A DNA stretch of 63,132 nt, the filler included, from Platydemus manokwari (taxonomy: Eukaryota), in NCBI GenBank assembly GCA_037951405.1. It is 6 parts of 6 records of this genome, joined end to end, with 100 filler letters (N's around TTAATTAATTAA, not from the genome) between each part and the next. Parts side by side here need not be neighbours in the genome. Positions count along the whole stretch, not along the records: positions 23,180 to 32,033 come from JBBMOY011338982.1; positions 32,134 to 41,230 come from JBBMOY011299650.1; 4 more parts are not named here. One strand, written 5' to 3'. The stretch's first letter is position 1; each line of letters begins with the position of its first letter. Position numbers and translations under genes: made by a program. Shown in pieces: positions 27,001 through 41,330 of the stretch. The notes beneath the pieces are model-generated. The model did not search any database. It was not told where the DNA came from and saw only the letters and a program-made list of their open reading frames with translations.

Positions 27001-29704
27001 TCGATACATTAATCTGAATCAGTGAATTTTAGATTTGTCATAAATAAGATCTTAGAATGATTTGTTTTAACATTTGTTATGCATTTTAGCAATATTCAAA
27101 GTAGTATAGTTTGTTATTTGAAATTATCAAAGAAAGTTTTAAATTCTCGTAAATGTACATTTCCATATTATTTAAGTTTTTAAAGTTAAATAAATCGCTT
27201 ATCGAGAACATCATTTCATTATGCACAACATATATCGAATAAATAGATTTTTATGACAAGTTTAAAAATTTAATTAACTTAACATCGGAAAACAATTACT
27301 ACTGTAACACAATATTAGTAAATGATGTAGCATATTATTTGCTAATATAATATTTGCTGTTAACATGCAGTAACCTATTACAGTTAAAAACTGCAAATAA
27401 TTTTTATGCAACATGATATTTAGGTTTCTCACTAAGTCACGAACCTCGATTAAAAACCAGTGAAATTTATTTGAGATTAATTTATTATCGAGCTTTGCTA
27501 GGAAATAATTAATTAAAACAATTCAATTTGTATTTTTTCTTCGATTTTATTAATGACATAAATTCAGATAAAATTTAATATAAAGAATTTATTTCCAAAA
27601 TAAAGAAATGTCATTCGAACAAATTTTTTATATTTTACTATTTGATAATTAAGTAAAAAGACAATCAATCAAATGTATGAGAAAATTAGTTAATTACTAA
27701 CTTGCATCGCTGATGATGTTAGAATAAATTATGTATGTAAATATTTGTATATGCCGAAAAATAACCTAAAGAAATCAATAAAGATCAAAAGGTTTATAAG
27801 TTAAGAGATTTAACGCCACAATTTTAACTATACCCAATATTTTTTAAATTAAGTCGAAGTAATTTTTTCTTTTATTGAACGTCATCTTTTTTATATTTTT
27901 AATATATTTTACTATTTTTACTATATCTAAATATGAGATATACTATTAATAATTTTTATCCACAAATACAAGTCATAGATGAATCAAAATTTTCAAATTA
28001 AATCTGTTTGACTTTTCTCTCATTGTAGCAAATTAATCAGCTACCAAAATAATTGAATTAATCTAACAAATTAATTTTTTGTTAAAGTACACGTTTTAGT
28101 ACATCTATCATTGGATACAATCCTGATTAAAATCCAATTAATTAAAATGAAATAATCAAGTGATAGAATTGTGGACACATATAACAGGAAGTTTTTCTAA
28201 GTTTTCCATCTGTTGGTAGATAGACAGAACCTAAAAATAATAAAATAATAATATTGAGAAAATATAAATAAAAAAAATTATTCAAGATCATTAACTTAAA
28301 CCTAGGGTATGAAACATACTCGAAGAAAACTAATACCTTAAGAAAAATCAAGATACCCCAATTAAGTATTTGTATCGCTAATCAGCTACCTGAAAACATT
28401 GAATGGTGCGATGCTTGAAAAATATGATGAAATGGAGTTTGAGGAACCTACAAGACAATTAAAATTGAACATTTACAAGCAGAGGGTAAAGCAAGAAAGT
28501 ATCTGAGTAAATAAGCATAAAAGAAAGCCGCTAATAATGTTGAACAAAAAGTAGCAAAGGAAGCATGTAGTCAAGAGAACAAAATAAAAATGGAAACAAA
28601 CATTAAAAGAGTGAGTTAGAACTGAATTCAATAAAAAGAAAACGAAATCACTTAAAATATAAAATCAAGGTAGCAATAGAATGGAGAAATTCCAGAAATT
28701 AGAATATGATAGCAAGTCATTGGAATCAAATTCAAACCTGGGAGGTCAAATGACGACAAAGAATAATTCTCCAAAAAATGTAGATACGCAATCTAGACCT
28801 TTAAGTAATTTAAACAATCAAACTACAGATGAAATATATAAAAAATTACTTTCAGACCAGATAGTAAAAAGATGCGAAGGAAGAAAACAAACTGACGAGA
28901 ATTTGTTACACTTTGAAGGACATTAATACATGGAATTTGCCTAGGCAGTGCGAACTCTCATTAAAATTTTCAAAAAAATTGATAAATTATTCTCAAATTA
29001 ATTGTTGCCACATAAATAAATTTATAAATTATTTTATTTATTTGTAGAAAGACTGTTTCTGTTAGATCTGGAATACCCGGAACTTAACTCAGTTATCTTA
29101 TGTAATAGTTTTATATATAAGAATAAATCTAAATCTTTTTAATAAAATTGTGCAGAATGACCTTGTTCCAAAATTATCAAATTAAATAATGGTGTAACAC
29201 CTGATTTGCTATTGCTATAAATGTGAACATATTATTGTAATAGATTTTATTATTTAATTATACAAAGTTGACAACAAGGTAAACTGTATAAGACAATCGA
29301 ACTTCCAATGTTGGACTTCATGATCAAATAATTATTCCTCATTTATTGACAGAACCAAATACAGTTATAGGCATTGAGTGTCATTTGATGATTTTAATAT
29401 TCTTTCATTGTACCGATTTTTAAGAAATTATACACAATTCAATTCATTATCTACGTAAGCTAGTTGTTAATGATTTCTTGCAAAGTGTTGTCCTGTTTCA
29501 TCTAGCGTTGCGTCGTTTTTATCTTTTATCTTAGAAGACTTATCTTTCTCCAGGAACTTATTTCAATGGTTTTGACCAAAATGCTTTCTAAACTCTGACT
29601 TCACAGTTCCGATTTAAACAAACTCTTACGAAAGAACTCTCTTTTATTCGATAAGTATTGTTTTAGCTGGAATTATTTAAAGGTTTATCAAGTAAAGCCT
29701 TTTA

Positions 29705-29780
29705 TCAATAATTAATTAATTAATTAATTAATTATTAAATTAATTTTAAGTTAATTATTAATTAATTTTATATTAATTAT
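29705..29780. repeat. (TTAA)n-like AT-rich simple repeat
   Basis: attaattaattaattaattaattatt... run. Confidence 0.7.
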
Positions 29781-30690
29781 GTTCTTTAATAATAAATTTA
29801 ATTTTTTTAATTTCTCTTTTCATTCATTCCTTGACACAATACAAAATAAACTATTCTAGCTGTAACATGATGTTTAAAAACCAGGATTTCAAAAGAAACC
29901 AATACCGATAATATTTAGGAAAATAAATTAGACAGATCCGATTATTTAGCAAAATTAATATTTTAAATTTTTATAATTACATGTTATCGTAAAATGAAAC
30001 ATAAAGACTTTCGGAAATATAAGCGCTTTGTCGTTTAGAGAAAACATGTCGCTTAGAAAAATAATGAAATCCATGAGATATGTATATTGATTAGAATAGA
30101 AAATATTTCTGACAACATGACAATGGCTGTAGTTCCTTAATAACATCGAATAATAATGAATAAAGGGAAAAAATATATTATTATTAAAACAAAAGTTAAA
30201 TTTTTTTTTAAATGTTTCAAATTATGAAACAATTCTGAGGAACAATTGCAAAATATAGGAAAAACAAGCTTTGAAATTGATGACAAATACAGAATAGTTC
30301 GGAAACTTTTCAAAAATATTTTTTTGAAGACTAATTCGATAATAAATGAACAATTAAATTATATTTCGTATTTAATCAGTAAGGAAATGAGCTACAGGAA
30401 ACACTAATCTGTTTTTTATGACGTTACCATGGAATGGAATGGTTATGATTAATTATTGTTTGCTTAATGGTCGATATAATAATGAAAATATTAAAAAATA
30501 ATATGCTGGTATTAATTATAATAAAAGTGACGCAATATTAATAAAAATAATTTTTAATATTCAATTCGTGATAATATGGCTCAATATAATATAATATACA
30601 ATGCCACGTGGCATTATATAAATAATATAAAATGCAAGATATTATAAGATTATTTATAATATAATATTCAACTGTGCTCTTCTATTATTA

Positions 30691-31190
30691 TTAAACGGCT
30701 GAAAATAATTTGTCCGTATTCTTTAATATCATTATTCGAGCATATCTTGAAATAAGAACTCCTTTGGAAATTGTATTAACGTCATTTAATTTATAGCTAC
30801 CAATATCTTCAAATATAATTTCGTCATATATTCTGCATGTGAAAAATACATGTGTAATATAGGATTTCTGAAACATTAAATGAAAATCATTTCGATATTA
30901 ATGAAAATTATCTCAAAAATTCCATCATTGTGAATCATGAATAAGTTTAGGTGTGTGCAATATCAAACAATCTTTTATGACATCATCCGGCTCCTCAGTC
31001 CTGGCGTTTCTAACTCACTTCAATTTATGAGTCTTGTATTGTCAATTAAATAATGCAAATATGTCTGTGCATCTTTTTAAATTTGTTAACATAAATGGTA
31101 ACACATCAATTTTAGATGAAAAATAAATATTTCCACGAGTACACCACCATCAATCCCATTTCCATCTCATTACAATGAGAGCAAAGACCG
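30691..31190 (-). pseudogene. Probable C-type lectin domain pseudogene
   Basis: Fragments HCNEMEMGLMVVYSWKYLFFI (helix 1/2 pattern), EEPDDVIKDCLIL..HD (EPx/DC pattern) and FFTC are spread over different frames with several TGA stops. Confidence 0.4.
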
Positions 31191-32033
31191 ATTATATTTA
31201 TTTATGAAATATATTCAAAATATCATTTTTTATTTTACTGAGTAGATTTTATTCATATCTAAAAATATAAAGTTTATTTTCGCCAATGAAATCTGAAATG
31301 TTTTGATTTTATTTTTAATTTAAATTAGATATTAAATTAGATATTAATATTTGAAACCGATTTGATCAAATAGCTTACAATCCAAACGATTCATTAAAGA
31401 AATTTATCTAAAATAGAATCACTATATTTGACAATATAAAATTATGGCTTAATCATATCGTAATCGAAATAATTAGTGTAAGTTGTTTAAATATATTGAC
31501 AAAATTAAAATTCGTTTCATGGATTTTTAAAATTGGTGTTTCTTGCTGCTATGAAATAATAATTTCAATGGCAGAAAATTTTTCAAAAATATCGATTAAC
31601 ACAAACTAAAACTTGCATACATATATATTTGTTAACCCATTAAAAGAAATTTTCTCCACATTGCTGTTCAATTCAATCCACTTTGGATATCCGCTTGTCA
31701 AGCTCGTAAAATACTCACAAGAAAAAAGCGGCTAATACGAAAAATGAAACCGATGCATCATGATGGATATCAAGATATAGATTCATCAATTTCATTGCCG
31801 TTAGTGATTAATCTAATTGTTTATTTTGAAACTAAATATAAAATAATTCTGTTGTTCGGTCAAATCGTCAGCAATGATTTCTGTATTAAAATGAGAAGAG
31901 AAAATTATTCATTACAAATTTTCATACCAACAATGAACATAGGTTTTAATATCACAGGAAATGTTAACAGGAAAATGATGAAATTATAGTTAAATTAAAA
32001 TAATAATAATAAATGTGTGAAAAATGAATTAAA

Positions 32034-32133
32034 NNNNNNNNNNNNNNNNNNNNNNNNNNNNNNNNNNNNNNNNNNNNTTAATTAATTAANNNNNNNNNNN
32101 NNNNNNNNNNNNNNNNNNNNNNNNNNNNNNNNN
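32034..32133. other. Artificial contig linker
   Basis: N44-TTAATTAATTAA-N44. Confidence 0.98.
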
Positions 32134-32305
32134 ATTTTCTTATGAGTTATGCTTCTTCAAATATGTGCATGAAAATCGGACATTTCATATGGGACAACCT
32201 AATAATTATTCTTTTTAATCATGAACCGCATTTGATAGGGGTTTCCCTAATCATGTAATCTCCATCCAAATGAATTGTATCAGAATGAGAGAAAGATGAA
32301 TTTAC

Positions 32306-32400
32306 CGTATCCCTGAAATGAGTCATTTCTCTGAATTTGAATTTTAAAAGACATCCATTCAATGGTTTTGGAAAAACATAATGTCCAGGAGATCAATTAG
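32306..32400 (-). pseudogene. Exon-like remnant resembling the start of an apextrin C-terminal (ApeC) domain
   Basis: AG/GT-bounded 95-nt segment encoding N*SPGHYVFPKPLNGC..F.....RDT, compared with the ApeC pattern WPxGxYxLPxPxxGCP. The Trp codon is TGA. Confidence 0.35.
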
Positions 32401-35272
32401 CTTTTAAAAGTAATTAAATATTTGATATCACATTAGACGTTGGAATTAAGAAGGACCTTGTTTAATAAATGTTCAATAATTTCAGCGCACGACTATCATT
32501 ATTACTGTGACGAGACAAATCATGAATATAGAAGGATGTAGTTAATGAACTTTACTTAACTTTTAAATTTTAAGGTGATATCTTGAATTTTTTAAAATAA
32601 GTGATAAGAAATATAATTCTAAATTCATGGATAACTGAAATATCGGACTAATAGGCATAAGAAATATCTAACGAACATACCTAAAATTTCTTTCAAATCA
32701 TGGATAAATGAGGGGTTTTTAATATTTTTCAGAATTTATAAAAATAACATTAGTTTATGAATAAAAATCACGTAAATCCTGCCGAAATATGCTGTTTAAA
32801 AGTTTTTATGAATATTTTTCTGTATTTCCTCGACAAATTATAGTGGCAAAAGGTTTTATATCTGAAAGATGGTTGGAAAACACTTGTTCTTTTCTGAAAG
32901 TTCATATGTAACAATAATAATTGAAAATTTCTAGTATTTTTTGCATATTGCTATACTTGATTTAGTTAATGACGTTACCTTTTGTATCAATCAATACCAT
33001 TAAAATGTTGTCGTCAAGATCTCGCGAATCATAGTATCGAAATAGTCGAATGTCTCAAATAATTGGTTTTTAATAGCTTTATCTTTAGAGTTCAGAATCT
33101 TTTGAAAGCCAAATATATTTTGTATTTTTCATTTCAGTGAGTTAAAAGAAGTACAATAACTGTAACTCATCTTCTGAAAATTTAAATATAATTTAAATAA
33201 TTACAGGATTTGTTATAAAGATCGAGTTAAAAATCACAACTAGTCATTACCACTGTTTGCTAGCTTCAAACTCGCCATCAATGAGATCTTTAATATGAGC
33301 TTCTGGCAATTCCGATGCCGTATAGTAATTATCTCGTTTTATTGATGCTTTATCATAATTGTATACAAGAAAAACAGGACAAGTCTACGCGTATGGTAAC
33401 AAAGAGAACCATTTCATTTCATTGACTCACCCATCAGTTGTATATTAAGATTCCATTGTTTAATTTAAAATCGATGTTGGACAACAGATTACTTGTTGTT
33501 TCAACCGATAGTTAACAAGGTTTTAAGTTGAAGGATACTTCGTTGTACATGGTGAACAGTAATTACCAGGTGGAGTTCTATCGTTAAAGTAGACTTGACA
33601 ATAAGGAATATATTTTTTAGAAGTGTATGTCATCCGAAGGAACTGATATAACTTTTCACTTTATAACTGCAATCATTAGAAATAAAGACAATAGGTATTT
33701 GAATGGAGTTATCTTAAAGGAATATAAATATAATCTAATTAGCTGTAGTGCAGAAACGGAAATATAATGGAAAATGATAGTTAATAAATAAAAAGCTAAT
33801 TTTGCAGATTTATTAAATTAATTTTGCTTTCATAAATATTCACGATGGAGTTATCAGAACTTTCATAAAAATAATTTTCACTAGAAAATTCGTGAGGATA
33901 AAATTTCATGTAACTGAACGAAATAATAAAAATATTGATTATGTCATAATTATTTAATTTTTCACTGCCTTAAAATATTCCAGTGCATTAAAACATAAGC
34001 AGAATAATAAACAAAAATTTGCAGAAAATATCGGCGAATGAGTCATCACTGCTTATATAAGGTAGTGACTGCAATTGATAAACTACACAATAGCATAATA
34101 ACAACAGTAGGACAGCAACATTGTGGGTGAATCGAAGCATAGTTATTTATTTAAAAACGCGGTAATACATCCACCAGCATTATGATACGGGGGAAAAAGA
34201 TATGCCCAGATTTATCTGGTAGATCAGTTTTAATAGTTGATATTCAATTTGTTCGAGAAGAAGTCCAAGAATCGAGTAACATCACCCGCATATTCTTCCT
34301 ATTTATAGGGTTAAACCCAAAGCCCTTGTATAAACGGTTCTACTTCTCTTGGAAGCATTGTTAACCGGAGCTTTTGCCAGAATTGTGCTAAAATATTGAC
34401 GTTCATGTGTATAGAAGTATTTGTAAAGTCTAATTTTTATTAATTGTATACAAGTAGTAATTTACAAGTTTATTGTATCGTCATATAACTGTAGTAATTT
34501 ATATTAATAAACTTTTTATGAAAGAAATTGGTTTTGATATTGAATAGACAAATGCCATTGGGTTCCACAAATAATTTTCTGTAAATATTATCATTATCAA
34601 AAATCATCTCATCACCTTTATGGCAAGATATAGTTAAAGTAGTTAACGGTCAATAATGATATAAATCATAATAGCAATATAAAGAGCCACCCATCCCGTC
34701 TTCATACGCGGATTGGTGTGATCGAGGCTAAACAACATCAAAAATATTAGGTTTTGTGATTGATTACCTGTGGGTCATACGGACCCAAAGAGTTGATTAA
34801 ACTCTGATTAGATATTGACAATACAAGTAAAATTCAAATTTTATAAATGAAAATAAAGCAAAACGATAGACCGCAAACTCATCAATGATAATATAACGAC
34901 AATATAACTAATTTTGCCAAATATAAAAAATTCAATGCGTGAAGCTAATACCATAAAGGTAAAAAATAAAGATATGAAAAATAAATCGGGTTCTTATTTT
35001 GGCTTGCAACTCACATAAATTGTAAAAACTGTTTTTGCCAAATCTTTTTGTTAAATCACTCAAACATTTTCACCCTTTAAATCAATTAATTTATAATATA
35101 TTGATTACATTTTATCAATTCCTTGGTGAAAAAGCATTTTTTTGTAATTGTTTCGTGCAGTCTCAAATTTACTTTTAATATTCTGGTTTTGCATTAAAAT
35201 AATTCCCTTACAAAAATTCCGAAACTATCATTCTTCGATTCATCAAACCAAGACGCTGAGAAATGGTTCCAA

Positions 35273-38200
35273 ACAACCAAAGATTTCGCAACTTTTAATA
35301 AAATGGAACTATCATTTGCATTTGACATGCTTTTGAGAGATAACGCTAATCAGCTGCTGCAAGAATTCAGCAGTTTCAAAGAGACTGTTTCAAATGAAGA
35401 AATTGAGAAATGGTTTTTAGAAACATTTTCACATGCCAAAACAGTTCAAGACAAGATACAGGATTTGGTAGCAATGCAACAAAGACCAGATGAAAAATAT
35501 CGCAGTTTTGAACTTCTGGTATAGAAGCTAGTTTTGGGAATGTGTTTTACAAGAAAAACACTCCTGAAGAAATTTCAAGATTATTATTTCTGCAAGGTCT
35601 AAATAGCAAGAAATTGAAAGAGTCATTTACTTTCGACCTTGCAATGTCCGGTAATAGAAGAAGAGAGCTAGCTTTCAACGTTGAGAAATTAACTCCGACG
35701 AAGTCCATAAACGCCATCAAGAAGACATGCTCAGTAGGTATTTCAAAGTGAACCAAAAAGACGTTTCAGAGGGAGCCGTCGTTCACAAAGCCAAGTCTAA
35801 TTGTGCAAGAAAGAGATTTTGGTGTAAAAGATTATCATCAAACATCAGTTTATCGCACTCAATCTCCAAACAATGAGAGACCAACAAGATTAATGAAGGC
35901 TATTGCTTCTAAATTCTACAACGATTGTAAAGGAAAACCCACACAGCGTGGTGATTATTTGAAACCAGAAGCCTGTTTTTGTCGTGGTGGGCTTAGACCC
36001 CGGAATTTTGAATTTCTACTGCGGCATAAATGTTTGATATGCGAAAAAGAAGGACATTCTTTCAGAAAATGTCATTTAGCCAGAAAGCTCAGTTTCAATA
36101 GTCCGAGGAGAATACTATGCATCCATGACAAAGACGATGAAACCGATATTCAAACAGAAAGTGAAGCAAGTGATTGTGTAATACGAAAAAACTGGAATAA
36201 ATTTCCTGCACCTACGTCGTCAGTAGGATTGAGTCAATAGGACATATATCAGATAGATATAGAAAAGAAGTAAAGAAGAATAACGGCAAGAGGAAGAGAA
36301 AGTATTCACAGATGTATCAGAAAGCAGATGATAGACAGTGGAGTAAAATTGAGTGCAACGGTACACATACTGAAATGTTATGAGATTCTGGTGCATCAAT
36401 AACAGTAATGAACGAGAGCAATTGGAAGCGTATTGCAGCACCGCAGTTTAAAAGCTCTGATGTTCGATTGGCTGACGTATTCTACAATATACGCAAATCT
36501 TGTCTATGGAAAATAAGGATCCCAATAGTTTGAAATAACAAAATTCTAGTAAAGGAGATCATTGTAGCAAAAGAAATTTCACCAGGATTTATCGTAGGAG
36601 TTGATATGATGAAGACTTGTGGAATGTTCTTTGCAGGGACAAAATTAATTGATGCCACCTATGTGGGAAAGAAATACAACGACCAAGACGGAATCGAAAT
36701 GGCACTGAAGAGTATTGCTAAACAGAACGATATTTCATTGAATAGGTGTATAAAAAATGGCTCAATTTTTATGGCTTCTCTGTTCAATTTGGGATTAACA
36801 GATTTGGTAAAGCACGAAATCCGTACAAAAGGGGAACCTATTGCTCAAAATCCTAGAAAGCTGCCAATAAATTTAGAAACCAAAACTCAAGAATTGATAG
36901 AAAATCTTCTGGAAAGTAATGTTATAACACCTTGCAAGAGCTCTTGGAACTCTCCTTTGGTCGTGTTTCCTAAGAAAGATGGATCGATCAGGATGTGTTT
37001 AGACTTCAGAAAATTAAACGAACAGACTGAGAAGTTTTCGTTTCTCGTGACATTCAAACATTATTGAACTCAGTGTATGGAGCGATAGGTTTAGGCCAAG
37101 CATATTATCAGGTTGAAGATTCTAAAATGAAAACGTCGTTCAGCATCAGAACTGAGCAGTTCTGTTTTAACAGACTACTTTTTGGATTGTTTAGCGCGCC
37201 ATCAACGTTTCAGAGTCTAATGAATACTATATCCAAGCACTTGATTTACAAAGGCGTTCTGGTTAATCTGTACGATATTTTAATGTATGGAAGAACAGTA
37301 AAAGAACATACTGAGAAATTGGACAAGATATTCAGGTTAATTAAATCATCAAGTTTGAAAATCCATCCCGAGAAATGCACTTTTGGCACTAGAAAATTGA
37401 ATTTTCTGGGTCATACGGTCAGTGCCGAAGTTATACAAACTAATGACGATAACGTAAAGAAAATTAAGGAAGCAATAAAACTTGGTTGAATCACTCAGTT
37501 GAGGTCGTTCCTACGATTATGTAATTATTACAGAAGATATATCAAGGATTACGCATAAATTATAGTTCCATTATATGCGATGATGACTGAAAGTGACAAG
37601 AAATTGGAGTTGAATGCAGAATGTGAGGAAAGTTTTAGAATCCTTAAAGAATAATTATGCACAGCTCAGATTTTGGCCTTTCCGGATCCAAACAAAGAAA
37701 TGATTTTAGACACTGACGGTAGTTTCTGAGAAATTGGAGGCATTCTAAGTCAACTGGATGACAATGGAAAAGAGAAAGCAGTGGCTTATGGTTCTAGAAC
37801 TCTTAACAACCATGGAAAAGGTTGTTGCGTCACTAGGAAAGAGCTTTTGGCAATACATGAGTTTACTATGCATTTTAAACATTATTTGTTGGGAAAGAAA
37901 TTTGTGACTCGCACTAATCACAAAGCCTTGACGTACATAAAGAAAACTAACAAACCGATGAGCCCTTAGTTTCAAACCTGGTTTGCAAACTTATCCGGAT
38001 TCAATTTTGAACCGCAATATCGGAAAGGATCAGATCATGGAAATGCGGATGGACTCTCAAGGATAGGTGAAGCATTTTGTTCACAATGCTTAACTCAGCA
38101 CCAAGATGCTAAAGAAGGTAAACCAAAAAGTCGGTTTATTAATGTTGTCGAGCATTCAATTGCCAATAATGACGAACTAAGAAAGATTTAAGAAGAAGAT

Positions 38201-38870
38201 ACTGTTGTTGATTCCATCTGAAAATGGTTAGGAAAAACAGAAGCAGAAGTCAATTCAGCGGTAAAGAAAAGCAAATATTTTAACAGTTTAGAGAAATATA
38301 AATTGTTTGAAGATATGGTGGTGTATAATGAGCATGAAAAGAAGCTAATTGTTGTGCTAGAGGTTTATTCGCGAAAACTTACAAGATACCTTCATGAAGA
38401 GTTGGTGCCCCAAAATTAATGCTTACTGAAAGAATGGAAATGAAAGAATCAGCAACACGATTTGGAATAAAACAAGAATTTACATCCCCATACCAACATC
38501 AGGCAAATGGCTTAGCCGAAAGGATCAGAGACATGGTGGTAACAACGATGGCATCAGAGAAACAGGCTTGGGATAAATTAATACCGCGGATAGAATTCAT
38601 TACCAATGAAACATATGAATGTTCAATTCAACACTCTCCTTTTGAAATATTGTTTGGACGAAGAATTAATAAATAGAGATTGCGACTAATAGAACCAAGC
38701 CATAACGACCAGATCATCAAAGAAACGGAAAACCAGCCACATACCTAAAGAAATTTGATCCAAAATGGAGTTTGCAGAATTTTCACAGTTGGTGAAGAAG
38801 TTTTAGTGAAGAAAGAACCACATAAGATAAAGAAGAACGGAGATATCTGAAATTAATTATTTCGACCAGA
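35273..38870 (+). mobile_element. Decayed Ty3/Gypsy LTR retrotransposon internal region (gag-PR-RT-RH-IN), many frameshifts and stops
   Basis: Gag zinc knuckle CLICEKEGHSFRKC; protease DSGASIT (~36384); RT SSWNSPLVVFPKKDGSIRMCLDFRKLN, FGLFSAPSTFQ, NLYD in place of YLDD, LNFLGH; RNase H ILDTDGS, ELLAI, NADGLSR; integrase SPYQHQANGLAER and SPFEILFGR. The domain order is Gypsy-type. Confidence 0.93.
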
Positions 38871-40304
38871 AATCTAGCTAGAATAGTAGTGACAAAAAAA
38901 AGAAAAAATTCTAGACAATAATTTTAAAAGATTCAGAGTGCTATTGAAGGAATTAAGAAGATAAATTTAATTTGAGAATATTCCGAAAGGAAATCATTCT
39001 TTATAATTATTTTTTTATTTTTTATTTAGATTGAATTAATTGAGGAAATTGTTTCCCGAATATTCGATTTTCTAAAGAGTTTAATTGTTGGATATTCGAG
39101 CACGTTGCTTCTGGATATCGGTAAATAAGCGAAATAATTAGTGTTGTGCGTCCATAATGTGTTTTTCGAATGTGTTTATATTATCATTATACATAAAATC
39201 GTCATATATTTTATGATGTGGTTCTACAGACTTACATTATTACTGTCGATGTTAATATTGAATGAAAAAATGTAAAGAAAAATATTGAAAATAAACATTA
39301 AGTCAAAATAGGGTTGTATAAGGATATTCTTTATTACTTATTGGTTTGAAATAAGATTCCACCAATAAAATGAAAGAAATGCCAAAGTCTCTATAAAAGA
39401 GAATTGTTAGAAATATGTTAAAAACATCAAAGGTCAAACTTATTTCATAATTTAGAAATTCATAAAATATTTTCATGAAAATAAATCCATTGTGTTGGAA
39501 CTGATAAAGCCATGAATTAACAATAATAATAATTCATATAAACAATTCTGAATTTGATCAGTGTTTTGAATTGTCTATCATTTTGGATTGAAAGTACAGT
39601 TGAACTTTTTATCGACTATTTTGCTACCTGGATTTTAAGATAAATTTTAAGAAGGCATTTCATCTACGTCATTCAATTACTGTTCATAATAAAACAGTTA
39701 TCATTCTTATCTCATCTTCAGAGCATGAGACATCTGATGAATTTCTTAATGCTGAACTAAAAAGACAATAATCCCCTTCAGGATAATTATTGATGTTTTG
39801 TTTTCTTGAGGTCGGTTTGCTCTCCATTGTTTCTTATCAGTTATGTGAGTTCGGTATAATATCGAAACGAATATTTTAGAAATAAACTTTATTCATTTCA
39901 ACACACGAATATTCACAATGTAATGCACAATTATAATGATACTAAAAAATTGGTGGAAATTAGAGTAAAATCTCACTACTAAAACGGATTACCAGATTAT
40001 GCTATCTTTTTAATACAAGAATTTTATGCAAATATTTGCTTTCGAAAGATTCACATGACGCTATCGTTAATTCTCACATTGTAGTTATCCACAAATTTAT
40101 CAATAAGCATTCTCCATTTCAAAGTCCCCCTTATGAAATAACTGTTCAAGATAACAATCTCTCCCTAATATCACTGATTATTTACCAACAAGATAAAATT
40201 CTGTCTATGCACAACCATGTAGTACTGCATTCATACCATGCGCTGTTCATTTAAGGAGAATTTCAAAACGTGACTTAATTTATTTTTAATCATTACTAAT
40301 TTAT

Positions 40305-40330
40305 TACGAGGGTCGATTGATAAATAAGGT
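40305..40330 (+). mobile_element. Possible mariner-type TIR remnant
   Basis: TA|CGAGGGTCGATTGATAAATAAGG resembles TA-flanked CGAGGG-start mariner termini. No partner TIR was found. Confidence 0.25.
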
Positions 40331-41230
40331 CTTGTAATTTTACATTACCAACTGTTGTTCTACAAAATGAAATCATTAAGTTTCAAAATCATGAATGCAG
40401 CTTGCAAGAAGTTTCAGATTATTTCAGTATCTTTTATCGAGTATTTTGAGAATTTTTTCTACATTTTTTATGCTATCTTTAAATTTTAATAAAATTATCA
40501 TTTACCTTGGTCATTACGAAATGTTTTGTTCCTTTCATAATCGATGAAGCTTATTAAATAACAATTTTGCTTTATTATATACTCATATACATATCTTATT
40601 GAAAACCGAATGGCCAAGAATGAGTTTTATGCTAATAAAAAAGTAATATATTAGTCACAATATTGACAATAAGTTATTTGCATCATGGGAATAGAATGAT
40701 AGAAGATGTTATCCGCGAATTAATCGATTACATATCTCGTCAATTAATTTCTTATAAAAAGATATAAATAAGCACTTGCACATTGCAATTGATTTTTAGC
40801 TCAGAAGTAAGATTACCAATTACAACAGGATTTGAAGTTAATAAACATGTTATCAATTTATTAATAAAATAACTAAAAGGGTCATAAATAGGATCAATTA
40901 AAGAAAATAAGGTACTAAATTTTCCTGATATTTTATAATTAAATATATTATATTATTTATTTATCATTATCAATTATAAGGATTACAAAATTAGTTGAAA
41001 ATTAAATTTAATCATATATTTTCAGTACGAATTTACTACTTACTATGGTAAATTGATAATTTCAAAATATTTTTCTAATTACAATAAATTTTTGAAGCTT
41101 TAAACGTGAATATCTTTCGATTATTATTCCAATTTTAATCTAATCTTTATTTTAAAAGAAGTTAAATAAATCTGTAATATGCTATTTGTTGAAATTTCCT
41201 GAGAATTAGATTTTGTGTGTTTATCTTTTA

Positions 41231-41330
41231 NNNNNNNNNNNNNNNNNNNNNNNNNNNNNNNNNNNNNNNNNNNNTTAATTAATTAANNNNNNNNNNNNNN
41301 NNNNNNNNNNNNNNNNNNNNNNNNNNNNNN
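41231..41330. other. Artificial contig linker
   Basis: N44-TTAATTAATTAA-N44. Confidence 0.98.

Noticed and set aside
30900-32400. Repeated in-frame TGA at plausible Trp/Cys positions, suggesting TGA recoding
   Set aside because: XPO1 ends with TGA at its conserved C-terminus, the ABCA ORF also ends with TGA, and the fragments have frameshifts. Pseudogenisation explains it better.
41275-41330. ORF tails ending XXXXLIN (also 53727-53782)
   Set aside because: Produced by translating through the linker.
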